From NCBI GenBank assembly GCA_964057225.1, contig OZ059897.1, forward strand, positions 14,384,001 to 14,448,000: a DNA stretch of 64,000 nt, read 5' to 3'. How positions within the stretch are numbered: position 1 is the first letter of the stretch; each line of letters opens with the position of its first letter. The position numbers were made by a program, and so were the translations under genes. This document shows positions 38,683-52,224 of this stretch, piece after piece. The notes beneath the pieces were generated by a model. That model was not told the DNA's origin. It did not search any database and saw only the letters and a list, made by a program, of their open reading frames with translations. The DNA comes from Auanema rhodensis. Lineage: Eukaryota > Animalia > Nematoda.

Positions 38683-41476
38683 ATGATTCCTACAATAGAT
38701 GGTGTTGCATGGCATTTTACTGGACCACCTGGATGGTAGGTTCTTCTATTTATTAAATAATATGTTGTGAAAATAAGTTTTATATAAACTACAATAAATT
38801 CTTTTTGTGAATATTTTTATAAATTAACTTGGTTATTTTCATGAAAATTTCTTTTTTTTTTGTATTTGCTTTTCATTCATAGTTTCTCTAGTATTGATTG
38901 ATTGCTATCATAGCTAAAGCACATGATATCGAAATGATAGAACCGAACTGTGAGCAGGTTCCATTCGTTCTCTACGAACTAGATTCTTTAAAATAAATTT
39001 TAGAACTGAAATTGACATTTTTTTTGGCCAAATAGATAGCTCAAATATGACGATAAACAATTCTTTCTTATGAAATGAAATTGTTTTTTGTCCAAATATG
39101 AGCTTTGAAAATTCTAATTTCTATGAATTTATATAATTAAATTTGTGTATGAATGATTAAAATAAAATAAAATATTATATTATATAAATTTTCTGATAAG
39201 TAAATGAAAAATGATTCTTTTTAACATTTCTATATTATATAATATATATTAGTATAATATATTTAAATCGTTGATATATAAAGTATAATAACAATATCTT
39301 TTGTTATTTTAATTTATATATAAAAACTTTATTTTAATTATTAATTTATGAAGTTTTGAATATAAATTCACACTGAATGAGAAAATTTTGAATTTAAATT
39401 TAGTTTTACTATGTATAAATACTATATATTCTTTAATAATAATTTATTAATGAGAAAATGAACAGAAAAAGTTTGTATATTCCAATACACCCAAAATGAT
39501 TTTTATAATTTTATATATGAAATGAGTTTGAAATAAAAAATCATAAAATCTAAAAGCTTGGACTATTCCCACAGTAACAAATAAATTAAAATGGAATTAT
39601 AATAAAAATAAAAGTTTGAAAATAAAAATTATTGACATAGTTGATATATGACTGACAGAAAAGATTCACAGAATATATGTATATACAATACTAAAACTAT
39701 TTCAGTGAAGTTGATGATCTTGGATTTAAAAGGCCATGGGATAATAAAGGATGTTCCCCATCTGATACACCATTCGAATTGGGACAGCTTGCCTACGAAG
39801 AGTTCTGGATGGAATATTGCCAAACTTTAATTCGAAGACAAAAACGATGGGATCAGATTGATCCAAGACGTAATCCAAAATGCCGTATGTTTAATAATTT
39901 CTATTTTGAAAATTCTTTCTATTTATTACAGTTCGAAGATTTGTTCATAAAGGTATTCCACATGTTTTAAGAAAAGAAGTAATTTCAATCACTGTTGTGA
40001 AAACATTCTAAACAACAATATTTAAGATTTGGCTTCGAAATTGTCCACCAAGAGGCACTCCAGATCAGAATTATACAGTCCCTTTTGATGTTGTCGAAGC
40101 GATACGAAAAGATTTACCTAGAACATTCCCTGATAATATTTTTCTTGGAACAACAACGTAAGTCTTTCACTTTTCTTTTAAAAAATAATTTGTTTCTTCA
40201 GATCTCGTAATGCCCTTGGACGTATGCTTTACAACTTAGCTCATCATTTACCTATAATAGGATATTGTCAAGTATTTTTGAAATAATTTAAAAAAGAAAC
40301 TTCAAACTATTGTTTAAAGGGATTGAATTTTGTTGCTGGAGTCATTTTGCTTGTTGTGAAAGATGAGAATCGAGCTACTGATCTCTTTGTAAATCAAGTT
40401 CAGAAATGTCAGGATATGTACGATCCGAAATTATCTGGATTACGACGAGATATCCGTGTTCTTCATGCTCTTCTATGGTTAGTGAAATTATATTTATATA
40501 TATTTGAATAAACTTAATATTAAATATTTATATTTATAGGAGTCGGTGTGAAAAGTTTTGTAATTTACTTGAAGAGCTTAGTATCGGCTTAGAACTATTT
40601 GTCACGAAATGGTTCGTTTGTTGGTATGTCGAAGTGCTCCCCATGGAGGTTAGTTTTGTTGAGGAAAAATACGTCATTTCATTTCACACAAATTCACGAT
40701 TAAACTAGATTTAAACATAATGAGTTTTGAAACGAAAAACTATTTGCGTTTCTTTAAGGTTGAGACCAAATGCTGTAGATTCTTGAAACTTTAAGAAAGA
40801 AGGTTTATGAACGATGTCACTTTTCTTTATTTTCGTTTTCATAAAATTAAAATATATGTTCATGTTCTTGAGAAAAGAATAATTGAATAATTTAAATTGA
40901 CAAAGTTGAACAATGAATCACTCATCTCTTTGTGCTTTTGTTCCTTTTTTTTCCAAACAAGAACTGTTGACAAACGTTTTATGAAATTTGGTAGAACATT
41001 CAAAAAATAATTCGTTTTTTTTCAATCACAGATTACATTTGTTTTCAGACTGTTCTACGTATTTGGGATTGTCTATTCTATGATGGAGATGTTTGGTTAT
41101 TCCGTGTTGCTGTCCGACTAATTGGGGAACATCAGCATATTCTGATTCGTGCCAAGAGTATTGACCAGCTTATTCAAGCTTTTAATGATCTCGGGAAGAC
41201 TGCCTACGCATTAGATTGCCATAAACTAATAGCTGTGAGTTATCATACTCAAAAAAAAACAAATTATATACACATATATAATTATTATATAAATATATAT
41301 AATTATTACTAATCAATAGTTATATTGCAATTTAGGATGCAAAATTCGAGCCAATTGATCAAAATCTTGTAGACAAACTTCGAGTTAGTGAAGATTTAGA
41401 ATATGATCTTGCCGAATGTGTTGAAGCTGTAGCTGCTGCTGTTGCCGGTAGAGAAAAAAAATCAAAAAATACATAA
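38683..41476 (+). CDS. GRTP1: Rab GTPase-activating protein of the TBC family, GRTP1/TBC1D6-like (probably the C. elegans tbc-6 type); 9 exons, about 357 aa
   Basis: Hand-spliced exons 38683-38735, 39706-39884, 39932-39978, 40027-40157, 40202-40271, 40320-40477, 40540-40648, 41049-41234, 41336-41476. All introns are GT-AG, phases are consistent, and the total is 1074 nt. The translation has the GRTP1-like N-terminus VDDLGFKRP...YEEFWMEYCQTLIRRQKRW, RRFVHKGIP, the Arg finger IRKDLPRTFP, the Gln finger GYCQGLNFVA, and TKWFVC and TVLRIWDCLFYDG. Exon 1 is less certain than the rest. Confidence 0.9.
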
Positions 41477-42654
41477 TATTGTTAGTTTCAAACATGTTTT
41501 TAAAGTTAATAATAAGATGACATACATATAATTTATTATTTCTTTTCTTCATCAAAATATTTCTTTTCAATTTTATTCTATTCAAATAATATATTTCAAT
41601 ATTATAAAACTACAAAATATTGAATAAAGTAAATGATAAAAAAGAGAATAATCAAAATAAACGAAAAAAAAATAAATAAAAATTGATAATAGAAGAAGAA
41701 ATAAAATTGAAAAGAACTATACATACATAAATCCTAAATTATCCCACCTTTGTGCTCATGTGATTCCACACCATATTATATTGATGATGATATATTATAT
41801 GACATATTATTATTATTATTCCCAATTGAATAAATTCTATATATATATATATATTATTATTATATATTAAAAATTTCAATTTATTGATAGTTACATAGTA
41901 TTGCCAATTATAATACATATAAACTGCATACATATAAGTAAATTATACTGTTAAAAATGTATTTTATTAAATTTCACGCAGATTTTTTCAAAATTTTTTT
42001 CTGTTTTTTAAAAATAGCCTTTAAGATTCAAAAGATGTTTTTCACGTGATTAGCATATTAATGAGCTTCACGGTTATTTGACATACGACACTATTTCATC
42101 GTAATTCTTGCAAACTGAATGGTTGTACTACTTTCCTGCTACTAACCCTCTTATTTTATTTTTCAATAGTTTCTTAAACTTTAAAAAAAATTTATGTTCA
42201 TATAACATATTCAAATAATTATACACACATATATAATTATTTATTGAAAATCTAAAAATATTCTGATTATTAATAGAAATAGAATTAATTAATGAAATTG
42301 AGAAAAAAAATTAGTTGTAATAAGAAATGTTGAAGAAAGCAAAAAGGAAAAGGCGATTCTTTAGAGGTTCACCAATGAATTAAGCTGGAAAAGCGAACAG
42401 CCTTCAAGAGATTTATATTCCAGTTAAATGAATTTTAAAATGATCTCATGTGCTTTATTTTCTTCTTCTGGTAAAAAATTTCTTTTTCCTCTTCTTCATA
42501 CTTATGGCAATACAATTTTTTTTCTATTTTATCTCACTGAGTATTGATTGAAATTGCGTTTAACTATCATATATATTTGCGGATTTCGAAAACTGATAGA
42601 AGAAGTAATCGCTTAGTATTGATTGTTTATTAAAATATAAAATCTATTCTATAC

Positions 42655-42688
<34 letters not shown>
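42655..42688. repeat. (TA)n microsatellite, imperfect
   Basis: TA dinucleotide run with one interruption. Confidence 0.85.
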
Positions 42689-42689
<1 letters not shown>

Positions 42690-45600
42690 TCATATTCATA
42701 TATATATATTGTTATATTTATAACATAAACATTTATAAGTTATGTATATGTTATTAATCTTTAACTTCAATTTCAATTTCATATTCTGTGTTGCAATTTT
42801 CTTTTTTTTTCCTTTTCGTCTTTTCTTCTGTCATGTCAATTTTCAATTTTTTATTGTCAAAAGAGTTTCTTTGATGTAGATTGTCAAAGTTATTCTCCCC
42901 GCTTCTTTATTTCGTTGAGATAGCAAAATCGCAACCGTTTCATGCTATTGAAAATGACTTTGAAACCAAACATGATGAGCTGGCATTAAAGAGCATTGCT
43001 TGCTGAGCTTTTTCAATTAAAAATGTTCTTGGGAAGAGAAAGCATTATTCTTCAAATTATTTTGGCTACAGATTAACATTGATTACTTTTTCTTATATAA
43101 ATAAGCTTATATTGTTTTATTATTATTTCTATTATATCTTATAATTTAATTAAATATAATATTAGTTATGTATTACTTGGACTATAATTAAAATTTGTAT
43201 CAATAAAAGATTTTCAAAGAATGAAAATGTGATTTACTTGAAAGATGAAACAGCTGACAGAAATATTCAGCTGATTCCCAGAGGCAGTTGCCGTCCGTTT
43301 TCTGTAACTTATTCGATGGACTTTGCTTGAATCACTAGTATATAATTTTTCTTTTTTGGAATTTCATGTTCCATTCCTCTATTTACCAAACTGTACTCAG
43401 GACTCTACTTTCATTGTGTTGTCAATATGATCTGTATTAGCCAACACAATACGTTCACTTGCAAAGCATTTCTCATTTTCTCTCCTGTAAGCTCAATAAA
43501 CATTGAGTTAATGCATAGATTTCAAAATAAAATATATGAATTGACATTCTGATAACAAGTCAATCATCATTGTCACATATACAAGACTAGTTATTCATTT
43601 TTTGGCCGTTTTTTCTTAATTTCTTATTGTTTTTATGGAATCATCTTCTTTTCGCTGAAGTATATTTCTTTTTTTCACTAGGGCATGCGTTCTTCTTCTT
43701 TCGTATTCTAAGATTTCTCATCCCTTCTTTGTTTTCTCATTTGTCCTGTCATATTGGACATATGTCGATTTGCTTTTGGATTGTATGGAATACCTTCTGA
43801 AATTCGTCTATATAGTTTTAATTTAATTTTTAATTTAAAAGTTTTCAATTTATATTTTGTTTGTTGTTGTTATGTTCTTCTTTTCAATTTCTAGGTTCAT
43901 AGGTCAATTTATTTCTTCATTGAGTACTATTGACGGTCGAGAGAAGAAGATGCATTGTCTTTTGGTCCGAAAATCGATTTTCTGCTCAAAATCTTACCAA
44001 AGCAAAGACTGTATAGACTTTAACACGCGCTAGTTTGTGGGCAACGATGACGAAAATAGAAAATACATCAGGCCTCTTCTATCACTCTTATCGCGATTGC
44101 ATTTGATTCATCTTCAAATAATTTCTAACGAAATATGTGTTGAAAACAGAAAGTGTGTGTGTGAAATCCTTCAAGAATCTACTGACAGTTGTGTTGTAGC
44201 GGTATGGTTGTCTAAGTTCATTCAGAATTTTTGCTTTCTTCTTTTCTGTATTCATTCGCTTCCCACCCATGTCAACTATTTACTATCCGTTCGTTTTTCA
44301 AACAATCTAATTAACTGGTCCTCTTTCTTTCATTCAAAAGATAATCTTCTCGTTTCTTTGCCCTTAATAGCTCTTCTCAATTCAGCCATATATCTTGGTC
44401 GTGCCGGAGCTTTTTTTTTGTTGTAAAAGCTTCGTTCATCAAACTGCATTGATATCATTGTTTTTCTTTTGACTCGTTACAATAGATTTTCATTTTCAGT
44501 TAGTTTGTTAGTTTTTTATCTTTTTTTTTTGGTTTTTCAATTCACTCCATTTTTCAATTTCAAGCTTGTATCTTGTCTGAATAATCTTTTTAATTTGTTT
44601 TCTATTGTTTCTCTTTATCTTTTCAATTACTATTTGATCATTCGTTTTCTCGCTTATTGACCAATGTTTAACATACTATTAACTATATAAATATATGTAT
44701 ATGATTACTATATAATTATATTTCGATATAAAAATCTTTTTTTTTCTCCTATAATGTGACATTTATGTTTTAAAGAAAAACTCAAATCTATTTTGCTTGA
44801 AATTCATAACGTTTCTACCATCTAGACCTGTAGCAGGTATAGAGTATCTCTAACCCAGTTTTTTGGTCGATAATCAATTATCATACTATATAGCTATTTT
44901 GGGTATTTTTCAAAAAAAATAATTAATTTTTTTCGTGCACCTTTCATTCTTTTCCCTTTTCAAGTTTAATAAAACTTGGCATTTTGACTGAGTTATTCTT
45001 ACTTTCTTGGAAAATTCTTTTGTTTGTCCGGTCGCTTTGCCTTTTTTGTTCTCCGTTGTCTCAGGTTATAGCATTCTTTGGATTTTTAAATTTTTTTTTT
45101 TTAATATTTGAATGTCCAAGGTTAGAGGTTTACAACATAAATTTTCTTATTTATAATATTGTTATGTCATGAATTCCCTTTAGGGGAATAAATTTGTTTC
45201 ATTTCCTCCCTTCTTCACTATTCACAAGCATCCCTAAAGAGAAAAGCTTCAAGTCTTCCTTAGGAAATCATATTTTGAAGTAGACAACCTAATGTTTTTC
45301 TAAGATTCATCGTGAATCTTGCTCTCGTACTTTTCAGTCTAGCTCCTCAGCATCGCTTAGCACATGGAAGAAGAGAAATATTCTACAGTTTTCAATTCAC
45401 ATTCGTCACTATTTCTATAATTATCATTTTCATAAATTCTATTATCATAAATTTGTTTTCTTCAGCATTTTTCAGTATCTATACTTTGAATATATTTCAG
45501 AAATTGCTAGTCAAAGTCCACTGTGCAACAAAGAAGGACACTGCTTAACTGAGACGACGACATCTTGTTTAAAACAAAATTTTCTTTTCACATCTTCATC

Positions 45601-46468
45601 TGTCTAGTGCTTTCCTTGCATATTTCATTTTTCTAACATAAGTGAAGTCTACGCTTCTTCTCGATCTGCGTAAGATGATATCACCCTGATCTCATCCGAC
45701 TCGTTTTGCTGCTGCTCTGAGCCTGAACTCCATTAACCAGATTGACATTGCCTCAATCCTTTTTCAAAAAGACTCTTAAAGTAGGTTTCTTCTTTTTTTT
45801 CTTTTTTTATTGTCGGCCACATTTCCTTATACGCATCTCTTTAAAACAAGAAAAAAATAAAACATTGGCTTAGTTAACTTTGGAAAAGGCATAAGAGAAA
45901 TAGAGATGGATGTCTATAAGAGAGAGATAGAAAGAGAGAGCATCCTTTTCAAACTTATTTTTGAAATGCTCTATTTAGTCAAGACCTTCAATTTCGATAG
46001 AATCTTTGACAAAAACGTCAAAAGCAACATCAACAATACACATAGACAACTATAATGTCTTCAGTTTTGCTTGATTTTGAATCCATTTTTCACTGAGCAC
46101 GAGATAATGCAATTCTGAAATCTATTAGAACAGACATCTATCAGTTCATTTTTCAACCTATTTTCGAGATTTATAATTTTTTTCAGTTTGTATTGCCATT
46201 TTGTCTTTTCTATGTTTATCTTTCGACCCTTCATCCATCTTTTAAGTTACAAGTTTTAAATGTATGATGTATGTGAAAAGCTATGAAGTATACGTAGTAC
46301 TACAAAGCTAAATATTGTGGTCAAAAATATCTTTATGACCAAAAAAAATCTTTTCTTTTTCAATGTTTCTTTTTGTACCTTTTTGATCAAATATTAATCT
46401 TTTTTTTTAATATACAGAGGAGAGTTGTCTTCTTTTCAATTTCTTGAAAATTATAATCTTTTTCAAAA

Positions 46469-46474
46469 TTTCAG
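46469..46474 (+). promoter_or_regulatory. Probable trans-splice (SL) acceptor of TMCO4
   Basis: TTTCAG one nucleotide before the ATG at 46476, preceded by an AT-rich outron-like tract. Confidence 0.55.
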
Positions 46475-46475
46475 A

Positions 46476-49337
46476 ATGAGCTCTAAAACTATAAAGCAAC
46501 CGTTATCAGGATCGTTTCCTCAACGAATGTGTTCATTTAATAATAATTCAGGTAAATATTAATATTCAGTTCCTATCTAATTTATGTTTGTTGTAGATAC
46601 ATCTGGATCACAACAAAGTCTTCGATCTAATGAAGAGGTTTAAATTGAAAACTATTTTTGATGTTTTATACTTGTTCTAATAATTCAGATGAATGCTGTT
46701 CTTCAACCAACTACACGTTTTGCATTTGCTGATCTCATAACTTCAATTCTCCGACTAGATTTTTGGGATGAGAGAGATCCACATTCTATGTAAGTTATTA
46801 TGTTGTTTATTTGTTGTTTTCTAACACATTCTTATAGCCACTTGTCAGCTATACTCATATTTTAGATTTTTTTGCAAAGTTGCTTTTGAAACGATCGTGT
46901 CAGCTGTGGAACTTCCCGAAAAAACTATCAAAACTTTGAAACTTAATTTAGAGGTTTCTATACTTTATAAAAAAAAAGATTAAAAGATTCGATGAAATAT
47001 AGGGAGAGCAGCAAATTGGGGATATTACGGTGATGATTACCTCAATCAAGGATGATCCTCTTATTAAAGAAAATGGCTCTCTTCAGTTGTTAGGATCAGT
47101 TTTACTATCTGTAGTTAATTCAGGTTTATTCAGCTTTCTTTGAAATATAACTCATAATTTTATATTTGTTTAGGTAATTATGATAGTCGTTACCGTGTTC
47201 TTTTACGACATATTGCAACATTATTAGCTGTTTCTTGGGACGATGTTGAAGACGTAAGTTGAATATTCCATAAAAAGAAAATAATATTTCTGATTTTAAA
47301 TAAGCTTTTTTGAACGTTTCAGCTAGAAGATTCGTTTGTTGGATCTTCGGTGGATGAAGAGTTTGTAGAATCAGAGTGAGTTTAGTTCTGTTTTTATTCT
47401 TTTTATTTTCGTATGAAAATTGCATTGAACTATTCAGAATTTCAAATAATATGCATACGTAAGTTAGTTGTTGTGTTGTGATCACAGTGTAGATGTTGAA
47501 TTTTTCACAAGAAAAATTTGGAAGATTATTATTTTCATAAGAAAGTTTATAGATACTCTCGGAAAGCTCGTGAATCGAAGCAACGCAACAAGAAAATCAA
47601 ACGCTATCTTCTCATCGGGGCAGCTGGAAGTGTTGGCGGTGTTTTAATTGGTTAGTTTCTAACTTTAATTTTCTTTCAAAAATCAAAAATCTTATGGTTT
47701 AAGGATTGACTGGAGGATTAGCCGCTCCATTAGTAGCTAGTGGAGTTGGAGCTCTTTTGGGAACGGGTACATTAGCTGGCTTAACTACTGCTGCGGGAGC
47801 AGCAGCACTGGGCACATCATTTGGTATTGCCGGTGCTGGTCTGTCAGGCTACAAGGTACAGCTACGAGAATTATCTAAATACAAATACTCATATAATAAA
47901 GATGAAAAAACGTGTTGGAGCTATAGAAGAATTTTCTGTTGAATCGTTAACTGAAGGATCAAGTCTACACTGCGTTCTTGTGGTTAGTGGATGGATTGAT
48001 AGAGATACGGTATAGCGAAATCTTTCAATGAACTGTGTCAAATTGTTTTTTGAATTTCAGACTTCAGAATATGCCTTTGTACAGCAATGGAGACATTTAT
48101 GCCATTCGAGAGAACAATATACATTAAGATATGAAAGTAAATATCTAACAGAGTTGGGAAATGCTATTCAATACATGATGAGCTTTGCTGTCTCAGTTGC
48201 AATTCAACAAACCCTAATGGAAACCGCATTAGCGGGTCAGTTAATTCCTCAATAACTTGATATTTCATTGAGAATAATAGAATTTTCTAAATTGTTGTTT
48301 TACAGGTCTTATGACTGCAGTAGCCTGGCCTGTTGCCTTGTTATCGTGTGCTTCAGTGCTCGATAATCCATGGAATGTCTGTATAGCAAGGGCAGCTGAA
48401 GTAAGAAAACCTAACATAATTTCTTTACCATATCTAAATTTCAATTGTGTTAGCGTTACAAAAAGGTTTGTGTTTCAGGTTGGAGAACATTTGGCTGAAG
48501 TTTTACTCAGCCGTTCACATGGTAAACGACCCATTACGTTGATAGGATTCAGTCTTGGAGCACGTGTCATATTCCATTGCTTGCTAGCTTTAAGTAAACG
48601 AGTTGAGAGCGTTGGTTAGTATTACTTTAATTTTTTCTTTTTTTTTTCAATTCATGTGATGCGGTATCAGTTTTTCAAGTGTTGTATTATTTTTTACTTT
48701 TTCATTTCAAGGGATCATCGAAGATGTTGTTCTGTTAGGAGCTCCGGTTACGGCATCACCAAAACAATGGGCACAATTGAGTACTGTAGTTGGTGGGCGT
48801 ATTATCAACGGTTATTGTGAAACTGACTGGTTATTAAGGTTTAATTACGATAATTTGAAAAAAAAATTCAAAATTCATTTTTCAGATTCCTATACCGAAC
48901 AATGAGCGTTCAATTTCGTATAGCTGGTACTGGACCGATTGATAATAAGGATAACAAAAAAATTTTCAATTATAATCTTAGCCATATAGTATGAAGCTAA
49001 TCATATATTATATGTTATAATCATGAAATTGTAGGTAAAAGGTCATATGGATTACGCTCGACGCTTAACTGAAGTATTGAACGCTGTTGGTGTTCGAGTT
49101 GGTCCACATTCCGAAGATTCTGTCGTTGATTTAGCGGAACTCGGATATTCACAAGAAAATCCGATGGAAGCTTCTGATGCGCTTAATCCCTTAACACCTT
49201 CTCCTGAAAGTGATTTACATGATGACTTGATGGGCAAAATCCATGAAATTCGAATAACAGATAAAGAAAAACCCAATCGAGTATTCTCACCTAATGATTC
49301 CAATTCCTCAATTTCTGATGAAAGTACGAGTATTTGA
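46476..49337 (+). CDS. TMCO4: TMCO4 / DUF726 family alpha/beta-hydrolase-like membrane protein; 16 exons, about 618 aa
   Basis: Exons 46476-46551, 46597-46637, 46689-46789, 46866-46953, 47003-47123, 47174-47253, 47323-47375, 47553-47650, 47704-47855, 47902-48009, 48061-48235, 48306-48400, 48479-48614, 48712-48838, 48886-48988, 49035-49337 splice in frame (1857 nt). Motifs: GNYDSRYRVLL, the Gly/Ala-rich hydrophobic segment IGLTGGLAAPLVASG, AWP...LDNPW, the nucleophile elbow GKRPITLIGFSLGAR, DWLLRFLYR and KGHMDY. Confidence 0.92.
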
Positions 49338-50341
49338 GGAAAAAAGCATTTTTGAAAGTTTTTTTTCTAATTGAAACGGGCTAACATACTCAAGATTCTT
49401 GTAAATTATTGGTTACTGTGATAACATTCCTTTCCATTTTGTTTGAAATTAATTTAAATAATGAATGTATATACTAATTAATGAATATGAAAAAAATTAA
49501 AACTTTTTTTTATTTTTTAGTTTAATTATTTGAAGAAAAAAAATTTATTCGAGAAAATAACTATCTCTCAAAGTATTTATAAACTCAAATAATGAAATGC
49601 AACCGATTGAGCAAAAACTAAAAATAAAATAATTAATTGTTCACTATACATTAGTATAGCTATAAGATATATTACTTTCTATATCATCATATTCGTCTAA
49701 TTTGAAAAACATCTTATTTCAAGAGTCAAAAAAGAATTTATATTTTTATAAAAAACATTTGATATTCTGCAAATGAATTTAAAAACAGTAAGTGTCAAAG
49801 CTGAAAATAAGATGAATCATTCTAATGATGAATGAGCTGTATACTCAGGCTTTTTCGCCTTTAAGTGCGACATGAACATTCCGGTTAGACACGTTTCTCA
49901 TTTGGATACCTGAGTTCGATCTAATGATTCTTAAAAATTCTTCGAATTGTCTCGAATTTTCCTTATGTTCGCTGGTCATTCATGAATATTCTCTATTTCA
50001 AGTATTTATAATTTCAAAATTATATGGAATTGATCTAAATAGACATAAAAATCAATGAAGATAATTTTAACCAGATAGTTGAAGATATACATATACATAG
50101 TTGATAAGATAAGATTGATACCTGAGCTACAAAGCCTATAAAGACAATTAATAAATTGTTAAAATTTAATAGATTAATATGGTTTAAAAAAGGTTTAAAT
50201 ATAATTTAAATAAAATTAATTATATATAAATATATAAATTTATAATTTATAAATATTGTTATCAAATATTTATTCAATTATTTAATTTTTGTACATTTTT
50301 CTTTTAAATACCAGTATGGCTTGGAATTAGAGATGACAAAT

Positions 50342-52224
50342 TTAGAATTTGGTACGACGAGGCTGTATTGAATGCCAGGTAGCCAAATGATTTCCTTCTT
50401 CTGAATAGGCTCTTGTATAATGGCCTAATTCCTATAATATTTAATTTGAATTGATTAAAATGATGAAAATGATACTTTTCCACTGGATTTCTTTCCAACT
50501 GTTATGTGACCAATACTAGCTGATGAACCATCTGCTTTTTCACAAACCATACTCAAACGAACAGTAGCATTCTTTAATAAAATAATTTTATAATCTATTA
50601 ATAATAATAAAATCACCTTAAACTTCTTTCTGGGAATATTAAAGAAAACACTTTCAGAGATATCAGTAGCTCCCTTCTCAAGACAATGTCGACTCGTCTT
50701 CTTCTTGATGTATACACCACCTAATGGTAGTACAAGATAGACACGTACAAATATATCTAAATAGCAATTACATATATGACCATATAAACAACATATTTTG
50801 ATTATTAAGTGAGATAAACTGTACTTTTGTATTCAGAATTGAGATCTCGAATTTTTGAAACAACGACCGTTAAAACATCTTTCTGATGCGATATGAGAGT
50901 CAAAACATCACCAAGGCGCTCATTTGAATTTTCGTCGTATACGGGCTGAAATACACAGAGAATATCAAACGTCTTTTCATTATAACAAAACGAGAATAGC
51001 ATTTTTTAAACTAACCGTTGGTTTGAGAGTCAATGAAATTGGAACTTGACATTCTGTTTTTGTAACATTTAAATCCTATAATCTTATATTCAATTTAAAC
51101 ATATATTCAAGTATTCAAACCTTAATGCGAATTCTACATTGACCTACAATACGTGCAGACTGATTCTTACTGGAATATAATTGAGCCAAAAGGGCAATCT
51201 AGAAATAATACAAATATATAAAATAAAATATTTTTCTTATAGTATATTGAAATTAAAAAAAAAGGTATTTCATTGACCTTAGACATGTCACCTATTCTAA
51301 CACATTGTTGAAATATGACGCCATAATCAAGAATAGAAGCTGGTGTTGATTTTGCCTACAAAATTTGAAAAAATTAAAAAAAACTATTCTGAATATAGAC
51401 AAAAGACTCACCTCAGTACGCCATAATGGTTTTGGATGTGGCAGTAAAAAGAATAAAAGCCATATATGACCTAAATCTCCACAAGCATCTGTAATTTTTT
51501 CCACTTGAACAGATAACATTTGACTTGGTCTATAATAATTTTAAAAATAATATAAAATATTTGTTTAACTGTAAAATTAACTTACTCATGATAAGAAAGA
51601 ATTAAATGTACAGTTGGAAAGTCTGGTCCTGATTCAATTATGGATGAACATGTGCTATCAAGTGAATCTGTTGAGATAGCTCGTTGAAGATTAGCTGGTT
51701 CTACTGGAGTTGATACTTAAATAATCTCAATGCTTATTCAGTATCAAAGAACTGTTGAAAAAAATAAAAATTGTTTTCGAATACTTACCAACACTTTCTC
51801 TTTTTGGAGTTTCTTCGTTCTTTGGTTGCTCTTCTAGTGTTAATTGTTTCTAAACCAATAAAAAAAAGATGACAAAAACAATCTACAAAGCCGAAAACGA
51901 ACTAACCTGAATTTCTTCCGATGGTACTAAATAAGTGATTTTCTTATCTTCGTCATCACTTCTTTCACAAATCCCATATCCCATACGTACAACTTCCTCC
52001 ATCGGATTTGAGCAATTTAATTCGGTTTTTTCCGAATATCTAAATAATACAGTATTTGAAATAAATAATATTTCTCTGAGAAATAAATCAAAAACATCTT
52101 CACAAAATACAAGCAATAAGACTTGTATTTGAAAAAAGCGGAAGAATTTTTTTAAAGATGATCTATGAATGCACCACATACCTCAATGGAATTTTGGATA
52201 ATGTCTGTGAGCTACTGAGAATGC
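50342..52224 (-). CDS. Tandem C2-domain, synaptotagmin-like protein (12 core exons; 5' end lies further upstream)
   Basis: Minus-strand exons 52224-52182, 52039-51907, 51849-51789, 51715-51586, 51529-51412, 51355-51278, 51198-51121, 51075-51016, 50945-50825, 50756-50617, 50571-50476, 50431-50342 splice in frame. C2A-like region: VHLILSYH-EPSQMLSVQVEKI...LLPHPKPLWRTE...IVGQCRIRIKDL. C2B-like region: LGDVLTLISH...FVRVYL...IKKKTSRH...ESVFFNIP...IGHITVG...GKELGHY...ATWHSI. The ending resembles the synaptotagmin G..E..HW...WHxL terminus. Confidence 0.85.

Noticed and set aside
42300-46300. GC-richer patches and ORF 44037-44426 between the TBC and TMCO4 genes
   Set aside because: I could not chain exons in frame on either strand or recognise a domain. 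The 5-kb gap also argues against a simple operon.
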